Source of the DNA: an uncultured virus (IMG/VR IMGVR_UViG_3300014204_000019)
Lineage: Duplodnaviria > Heunggongvirae > Uroviricota > Caudoviricetes
DNA length: 20,000 nucleotides
Virus record (IMG/VR): IMGVR_UViG_3300014204_000019
Direction: 5' to 3' (one strand)
In this document: piece by piece, positions 14,293 through 20,000 of the stretch
Layout of the letters: each line of letters begins with the position of its first letter
Numbering within the stretch: position 1 is the first letter of the stretch
Made by a program: the position numbers and the translations under genes
The notes under the pieces: generated by a model
Seen by the model: only the letters and a program-made list of their open reading frames with translations
Databases searched by the model: none
What the model was told of the DNA's origin: nothing

Positions 14293-14340
14293 ATACCACG
14301 TAACATATTATTATCCTATATGATACGTGGTATTTTTTTT
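14293..14340 (+). terminator. Rho-independent terminator closing the rightward small operon
   Basis: ATACCACGTA (14293-14302) / TACGTGGTAT (14324-14333) stem with further inner pairing, followed by a T run. Confidence 0.7.
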
Positions 14341-14396
14341 CTTTATTTTCTTTTTGAAATCAATTATCACATCCATTATCAAAATACTTATCATAC

Positions 14397-15005
14397 TTTC
14401 TATTTTCTATTTTCTATTTTCTATTTTCTATTCCGCTGTATCTTTAGATATCATTTCAATCGATCTTACATTTCATTATCATATTATATTACGTTGTACT
14501 TTTTGAAATTAAATTTCATTATCATAATACATTTCTTGAAATTAATTTTCATTACGCCTATTATGATTTTACATTTCATTATTATATAACGCTATATGAT
14601 TTTACATTTCATTATCGTTGTGGTATATTATTTATTATTTCCTAACATATAATATTTTGTAGTATCCTATATCCTATATCCTATATCCTATATCCTACTT
14701 CTTATATTATCAATGATCCTATTACGCAATATCTTATTATGTATTATCCTACTTCTTATATTATCTTATATCTAATGTCTTATATTCTATTTCTTATATT
14801 ATCATATATTTTATTTTCTGTTTAGAAATCGTGTGCGTACTGGAAACTTGGGGGTGGATAGCCCCCTAAAATTATCTTCCTAATTTTCTACATCATACTT
14901 TATCTCTAATATATATTTTATTATATTTTATTTTATTTTATTTTATTTTATTATATTTTATTTTATTTTATTATATTTTATTATATTTTATTTTATTATA
15001 TTTTA
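14397..15005. repeat. AT-rich simple-repeat tract
   Basis: (TTTTCTA)~5 at 14397-14432; ATTTCATTAT recurring 14470-14615; (TATCCTA)5 at 14663-14697; ~95 bp of pure A/T (TTTTA/TTATA)n at about 14910-15005; GGGGG-N7-CCCCC at 14850-14866. Confidence 0.85.
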
Positions 15006-15211
15006 AAAATCTATAAAATAAAATTTCACTTTTTTTTCTGTTTGAAAAATACAAAATATTCTATAAAAATAGCGTACTTGATCGAGCTTTAAAACACGTT
15101 GGTACCATGGAAGAAAGAAAGATTATTTATTAAGCAAGATGTATGAGAATTCCCGCGGAAAAGCATCATTTTACTTTAATCTTATATACTTATAAGTATA
15201 ACATATAATGG

Positions 15212-15241
15212 ATAGCACAAAATAGCACAAAATAGCACAAA
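15212..15241. repeat. (ATAGCACAAA)3 direct repeat upstream of the terminase promoter
   Basis: Three exact 10-bp units (one helical turn each); 16-bp palindrome TATACTTATAAGTATA at 15185-15200. Confidence 0.85.
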
Positions 15242-15259
15242 ACACATTCAAAAAATCTC

Positions 15260-15288
15260 TTGACTTTCCCTTTAAACCATGTTATCAT
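15260..15288 (+). promoter_or_regulatory. sigma70-type promoter for the packaging operon
   Basis: TTGACT-N17-TATCAT with TG extension. Confidence 0.7.
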
Positions 15289-15476
15289 TAATATTAGGTG
15301 AGACTCCTTAGTTAGATAGAATAAATAAAGGTGTGAGGTTTTTTATTTTCTTTCCCTTTAAAACCTCTAAAATCCTCCATCGTCCGTTAACAAACAAAAA
15401 TAAATCTCACACCTTTATTTCTTTCTTTTTTAACGTTATTTATTTTTTTTTGTTTTCTTGTTTTCTTATTTAAAAA

Positions 15477-16082
15477 ATGGGCCGACATCCTTCTGGTAAT
15501 ACACCTCCACAACAACTTCTTCGTGTAGAGTCGAAGCATAGAGAAATTATGCGCCGACTTATTGCAGGGGAATCTAATAAAAAAATCGCAACAGATTTAG
15601 GGATGTCGGAAACTCGTTTAAGCATCGTGCGAAATTCGCCATTATTCCTAAAAGAATATAAGAATCTCGAAGCAGAAGTAAAAAGTCGTTTTCTCGATTC
15701 TGCCGCGAAAATTCAAGAAAAAATAAATAATCTACAAGAACCAGCAATCGACATGCTTGGGAAAATTCTCACCGAAAAATCTGTAGATGACATGCGTGTT
15801 ACACCGATTCTTAAACATCAAGTTGCTTTGGATATTCTTGATCTTGGCGGGAATGGAAAAAAGAGAATCGAGAATAACAAAAATGATGCAATTAATGATG
15901 TTATTAAAGTAATAAGTGATGGTTTCGAACTCGCAAAACAAGCTATGAGCGAAAAGTTAAGCCATAATGATAATAATATAAAAGATAACATCAAGGAAAA
16001 AAACGTTGAGGATATCGAGTTCGAGGATATAACAAGTCAAAATCTACTTGAAGATGATAAACAACTTGCTAATATAATTTAA
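15477..16082 (+). CDS. terS: Terminase small subunit (putative), N-terminal HTH
   Basis: KHREIMRRLIAGESNKKIATDLGMSETRLSIVRNSPLF helix-turn-helix, helical middle, acidic tail; immediately upstream of terL. Confidence 0.75.
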   Translation: MGRHPSGNTPPQQLLRVESKHREIMRRLIAGESNKKIATDLGMSETRLSIVRNSPLFLKEYKNLEAEVKSRFLDSAAKIQEKINNLQEPAIDMLGKILTEKSVDDMRVTPILKHQVALDILDLGGNGKKRIENNKNDAINDVIKVISDGFELAKQAMSEKLSHNDNNIKDNIKEKNVEDIEFEDITSQNLLEDDKQLANII

Positions 16083-16095
16083 GACGATAATAAAT

Positions 16096-17712
16096 ATGTC
16101 ATCTTCATTATCAACTATTTCAAACTCAGACTTATCCGAACTTATTCGTACTCAAAGCACCTACGCTTTTAATTCTGAAAAATTTCTCTTTGATGTTCTT
16201 AAATTCAAATGTGTAAATTGGCAATCTCAAGCATGTTACGATTACGATACAAAAGGTAAATGTGCATGGTCTACCGGATCTGGGGCAGGAAAAACAGCAC
16301 TTCTAGCACGTTTAGCACTCCATTTTCTATACACTCGACCGTATGCTATTATTCCCTGTACAGCACCAACAAAAAAGCAACTATATAACGTTCTATGGGC
16401 TGAAATCGGACGTGCAATGTCCGAATCACCAATTATTCAATCACTCTTTGAGTGGCAACAAGAACGTATATTTTTTAAATCGCAAAAAGATAAGTGGTTT
16501 GCTGTAGCAATAACTTCTACACCACCGAAACCTGGTGCAATGACTACAGAATCACTTCAAGGTTATCATGCTGAAAATATACTTTTTATCGTTGATGAAT
16601 GTTCAGGCATATCCGATCAGGTAATGGGTGCTGCTGATGGTGCTATGTCTACACCATCCTCGCGTGCTATATTAGCATCAAATCCTACACGAAATACTGG
16701 GTATTTTCATCGTGCAATGACAAATGACGTGCTCAAAGATCTTTGGTCGCGTATATTTGTAGATGTAGAGAAGATTGATGCATTATATATCGATAAAACA
16801 TCAATCGAACGACTTAAATTAATATATGGAGAAAATTCTGATTATTTCAGAATGCGTGTCCGCGGACTTCCGCCAAGAGCAGAATTTAATGCTCTGGTCT
16901 CACCAGAACAAATATTTGAAGCGCATAGACGTATAATAGAAAGATCCGGACAAATTTATTGCGGTTGTGATCCTGCACGTTATGGTGATGATGATACTGT
17001 AATTTACATTCGTGATGGTAATGTCATAATTGAACGTGCATGTATTCATGGTCAATCCACTGTACAAGTCGTTGACACGCTCATCGCTTTAGAAAATACA
17101 TACAACTTTCAAGAAATCCGTATTGATATAATTGGAATTGGTTCTGGCGTACATGATGATTTAAAACGTCGTCTTAAAGAGAAATCTTACAAAGTGCGTG
17201 GTGTAGGTGTTGGAGAAGAAGCAAACGATAAAAATACATTTTTTAACAAACGCGCGGAAATAGTTTGGCAAGTACGTACGATAATCGATTCACTATCAAT
17301 TCCAATAGAAACACCACTTCTTGATGAAGAACTTTCTGTAATACACTATGGTTGGGATTCTAAAGATAAACGAATAAAAATCGAACCAAAAGATGAAACA
17401 AAACGTACGCTTAAACGTTCTCCAAATGACGCGGATGCACTTTGTTTAGTTTGTGCGAATCTTCTTACTTCGACTGGAATTGTAACATCTGAGTATTTTA
17501 AAATCGGTTCTACGAATCCACACGATGAGAATTTAATAAATGTGGTAAATAATATAAAAAACGACGGTGAAAGACCTAGAGCCGCATTAGATTTAGCTAC
17601 CTTTCTCGGTAATAAAAGTGGGAAAGTGGGTTCAAAACGTTATAGTGAATTTTATTCTGACACAGAATCGAATAGTTTTGGTTTTTCGAATTCGTTTGGG
17701 GATTTTAATTAA
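16096..17712 (+). CDS. terL: Terminase large subunit
   Basis: WQ adenine-binding motif, STGSGAGKT (Walker A), TAPT, LQGYH, LFIVDE (Walker B), ASNPT coupling motif; nuclease motifs GCDPARYGDDDTV, IDIIGIG, SPNDADA. Confidence 0.95.
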   Translation: MSSSLSTISNSDLSELIRTQSTYAFNSEKFLFDVLKFKCVNWQSQACYDYDTKGKCAWSTGSGAGKTALLARLALHFLYTRPYAIIPCTAPTKKQLYNVLWAEIGRAMSESPIIQSLFEWQQERIFFKSQKDKWFAVAITSTPPKPGAMTTESLQGYHAENILFIVDECSGISDQVMGAADGAMSTPSSRAILASNPTRNTGYFHRAMTNDVLKDLWSRIFVDVEKIDALYIDKTSIERLKLIYGENSDYFRMRVRGLPPRAEFNALVSPEQIFEAHRRIIERSGQIYCGCDPARYGDDDTVIYIRDGNVIIERACIHGQSTVQVVDTLIALENTYNFQEIRIDIIGIGSGVHDDLKRRLKEKSYKVRGVGVGEEANDKNTFFNKRAEIVWQVRTIIDSLSIPIETPLLDEELSVIHYGWDSKDKRIKIEPKDETKRTLKRSPNDADALCLVCANLLTSTGIVTSEYFKIGSTNPHDENLINVVNNIKNDGERPRAALDLATFLGNKSGKVGSKRYSEFYSDTESNSFGFSNSFGDFN

Positions 17713-17795
17713 TTTTTCTTTTTAAAGAAAAACACGTTAAAAACACTTAAAAAATACTTAAAAAATACGTTAAAAACACGAAAAGGAGCACAATA

Positions 17796-18260
17796 ATGGG
17801 AATTATAAACAAAACCCGCGGAAAGTCAATGTTTGGCGATTATGATCTTATATCTCGTCCTGATATAGTCATTCGTCGTCGTGTTACTACGATCACAGCA
17901 ACACAGCTTAAAGCATTAAACACGACACCGTTAGCAATAGTACCAGCACCTGGTGCAGGAAAAGTAAATGTTCCAATGAATATATTCGCTAAGTATGTTT
18001 TTCTTACAACAGCTTTCACCGGATCAAATAATCTTGAATTTCGTTATACTTCTTCAAATGGTGCGAAAGTTTCCGCCGATATCGATGCTGCATTTTTACT
18101 TTCTGCGTCTGGAACAAATTATCGTAATGTTAATGCGGTTGTAACGGAACAAACTCCTGTTGTAAATGCTCCGATTGTGATAGACACACCAAGTTCAGAC
18201 TTGGCTCAAGGTCTTGGATCATTAACGGTTCAAGTATTTTATCGTACTTTAACTGTATAA
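17796..18260 (+). CDS. Probable virion structural/decoration protein (154 aa, beta-rich)
   Basis: AAAGGAG RBS; Thr/Ala/Val-rich; ITATQLKALNTTPLAIVPAPGAGK; ends LTVQVFYRTLTV. Confidence 0.7.
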   Translation: MGIINKTRGKSMFGDYDLISRPDIVIRRRVTTITATQLKALNTTPLAIVPAPGAGKVNVPMNIFAKYVFLTTAFTGSNNLEFRYTSSNGAKVSADIDAAFLLSASGTNYRNVNAVVTEQTPVVNAPIVIDTPSSDLAQGLGSLTVQVFYRTLTV

Positions 18261-18290
18261 AACCTATTATATAATATTGAAAGTAACAAA

Positions 18291-18476
18291 ATGCCAGCCG
18301 CTGATAGAATAAATTTAACCGAACAAACATCATGTTCACTTATTTGTGCAGTGTGTAAAAAACCTGTTTTTTTATCAGAAAAACATACTTGCGTTGATGA
18401 TTTAATGCTTCAATTTTCAAAAGAGAACGAAAATAAAACTATTTTAAATTTAAACGCTAAAACTGCCGAGGAATAA
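18291..18476 (+). CDS. Small Zn-finger protein (61 aa)
   Basis: CAVC-x9-HTC. Confidence 0.6.
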   Translation: MPAADRINLTEQTSCSLICAVCKKPVFLSEKHTCVDDLMLQFSKENENKTILNLNAKTAEE

Positions 18477-18484
18477 TAAATATT

Positions 18485-19075
18485 ATGCTACAATCCAATC
18501 TTCAAATCGCTTTAGATAAAATCAGATCTCGTAAATTTTCTGATGCTGATGTATCTTCTATTGAAGCACAGCTTGAAAATCATGAAAAACCATCCGATGT
18601 TATAGGACTTCGTGGTGGTATAGAAGTAATGTTGAAGAATTCCTTGAATAATGAAGTTCTTCTTCATGAAAAAGGTAAAAACGTCGTACTATACGTTGGA
18701 CGTTCTTGGCTTATGCAAAAAATTGCATCCGCGGCAATGGATTCTACCGTACTTATAAATGCTAATATAGTAATTGGCACAGACTCCACTGCAACACAAG
18801 CAACGCATACTGGACCATTAGGATATTTTACATATCAAACTGGTACGTTATCTTTAACTACTGCATCAGACGGTGCCGCAGTTCCTGTTATGGCCGTTGC
18901 TGCATCATGGGAATCTACACAACTTACGGCAACAGGATTTAATTCGATTTGGGAATTCTTACTTAATAACAGTACAGGCAGTGCAGGAACTTTCCTAAAT
19001 CGTTATCTTTCGAATACATTTATTAATGCGACAACAAGTAATCAACTTCTTGTAACGTATACTGTATCTTTTTAA
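18485..19075 (+). CDS. Probable virion protein resembling tail-collar/tail-fibre N-terminal domains
   Basis: KNVVLYVGR...IVIGTDST...IWEFLL...FLNR...NQLLVTYTVSF resembles the tail-fibre attachment (DUF3751-like) pattern; judged from motif recollection only. Confidence 0.6.
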   Translation: MLQSNLQIALDKIRSRKFSDADVSSIEAQLENHEKPSDVIGLRGGIEVMLKNSLNNEVLLHEKGKNVVLYVGRSWLMQKIASAAMDSTVLINANIVIGTDSTATQATHTGPLGYFTYQTGTLSLTTASDGAAVPVMAVAASWESTQLTATGFNSIWEFLLNNSTGSAGTFLNRYLSNTFINATTSNQLLVTYTVSF

Positions 19076-19098
19076 TGATTTTATTGCGAAGAAAATAT

Positions 19099-19140
19099 AA
19101 AAAATATGAGGAATTCGGCAGTTCCTCATGTTTTTATTTT
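19099..19140 (+). terminator. Rho-independent terminator
   Basis: AAAAATATGAGGAA...TTCCTCATGTTTTT hairpin followed by T runs. Confidence 0.75.
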
Positions 19141-19195
19141 GAATTTCACATAAAATTTAACATTATATAACACGAAAAAAGGAGAGCTTAAATAA

Positions 19196-19933
19196 ATGTC
19201 CACGAGTAATAATAATGATGATGATGATGTACTTAGTAAAGATCAAATTGGTGTTTTAGAAGCAAAAAATGTAGACGCTCTTAAAGAAATGGAATTATCC
19301 GCGGATAAGGTAAGAAATATAACCGACGATTTCCACAAAATTTGGTATCCATTACAAAGTTCAGTGTCCTTTCTCGGTCATGAATTGATGAAAAATCCAT
19401 TCGACCTTTTAATTTACGCTGAAATTCTTTATGAATGCAAACCCGATCTTATCATAGAATGTGGTACTTTTAAAGGTGGTTCAGCATTATTTCTTGCATC
19501 AATTTGTGATTTACTTCATCATGGTCGTGTTCTTACAATCGACATAAACCATAATCCTACTTCTCCTATTCATCAAAGAATAGATTACGCTATCGGATCG
19601 AGTATCGATGAAAAAACCATACATCTTGTTAACTCAATGGCGCAAAGTTGTAAAAAAGTCATGGTTATACTCGATTCGGACCATACGAAACAACATGTTC
19701 TTGATGAGATGAATTTGTATTCTAATTTTGTTACGCGAGGGCAATATTTAATTGTTGAAGATTCCAATATTCATGGACATCCAGTCCGTGAAGATCTTCC
19801 TGTTGGTCCATACGAAGCGATAGAGGAATTTTTTGAGGACGAAAATAATCTAAGAAATTTCATGGTTGATAAAATGTGTGAACGTTTTCTCTTTACATTT
19901 AATCCAGATGGTTATCTGCGGAGGGTTAGATGA
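19196..19933 (+). CDS. CmcI-family SAM-dependent methyltransferase (cephalosporin hydroxylase / rhamnosyl O-methyltransferase-like)
   Basis: KNPFDL..Y.EIL...KPDLIIECGTFKGGSALF, VLTIDI, VMVILDSDHTKQHVL, GQYLIVEDS, GPYEAI, TFNPDGYLRR; AAGGAG RBS. Confidence 0.92.
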   Translation: MSTSNNNDDDDVLSKDQIGVLEAKNVDALKEMELSADKVRNITDDFHKIWYPLQSSVSFLGHELMKNPFDLLIYAEILYECKPDLIIECGTFKGGSALFLASICDLLHHGRVLTIDINHNPTSPIHQRIDYAIGSSIDEKTIHLVNSMAQSCKKVMVILDSDHTKQHVLDEMNLYSNFVTRGQYLIVEDSNIHGHPVREDLPVGPYEAIEEFFEDENNLRNFMVDKMCERFLFTFNPDGYLRRVR

Positions 19934-20000
19934 ATATAGAAGAAAACGTAATGGTACAAAAGGAAGAAGAAATCTGGAAAGAAATTCCGGGATATCCTAA
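19930..20000 (+). CDS. Start of a NUMOD4-motif protein, probably an HNH homing endonuclease (truncated by the window edge)
   Basis: ATGA overlap with the CmcI stop; MNIEENVMVQKEEEIWKEIPGYP matches the NUMOD4 start ExWKxIxGY. Confidence 0.7.
   Translation, partial: MNIEENVMVQKEEEIWKEIPGYP

Noticed and set aside
14320..14589. 89-aa Phe/Tyr/Ile-rich ORF
   Set aside because: Translation of low-complexity AT repeats; starts inside the terminator stem
13332..15476. tRNA or other known RNA genes in the intergenic regions
   Set aside because: No cloverleaf, T-loop (GTTCRA) or other recognisable RNA-family signature seen

Overview
AT-rich (about 30% GC by eye) segment of a tailed dsDNA phage or prophage with two divergent arms. 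The left arm (minus strand, 1-11831) holds replication and accessory genes: a RecD2-like SF1B helicase split into two separate genes, a 963-aa SNF2-family helicase with a C-terminal C39/papain-like peptidase-looking domain, a pentapeptide-repeat protein, several Zn-finger proteins and small orphans. The right arm (plus strand, 15477-20000) holds small and large terminase, two probable virion proteins, a CmcI-family O-methyltransferase and the start of a NUMOD4/HNH gene. Between the arms is a highly organised 3.6-kb control region. It contains a ~365-bp imperfect palindrome bracketed by IHF-consensus sites (candidate origin), two arrays of 17-bp operator-like palindromes, and back-to-back sigma54 (-24/-12) promoters. 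The rightward promoter precedes a small hairpin-punctuated operon, and an AT-repeat tract with a lone GGGGG-N7-CCCCC element follows (candidate pac site or genome end). All functional calls come from motif reading only; no database searches were run.
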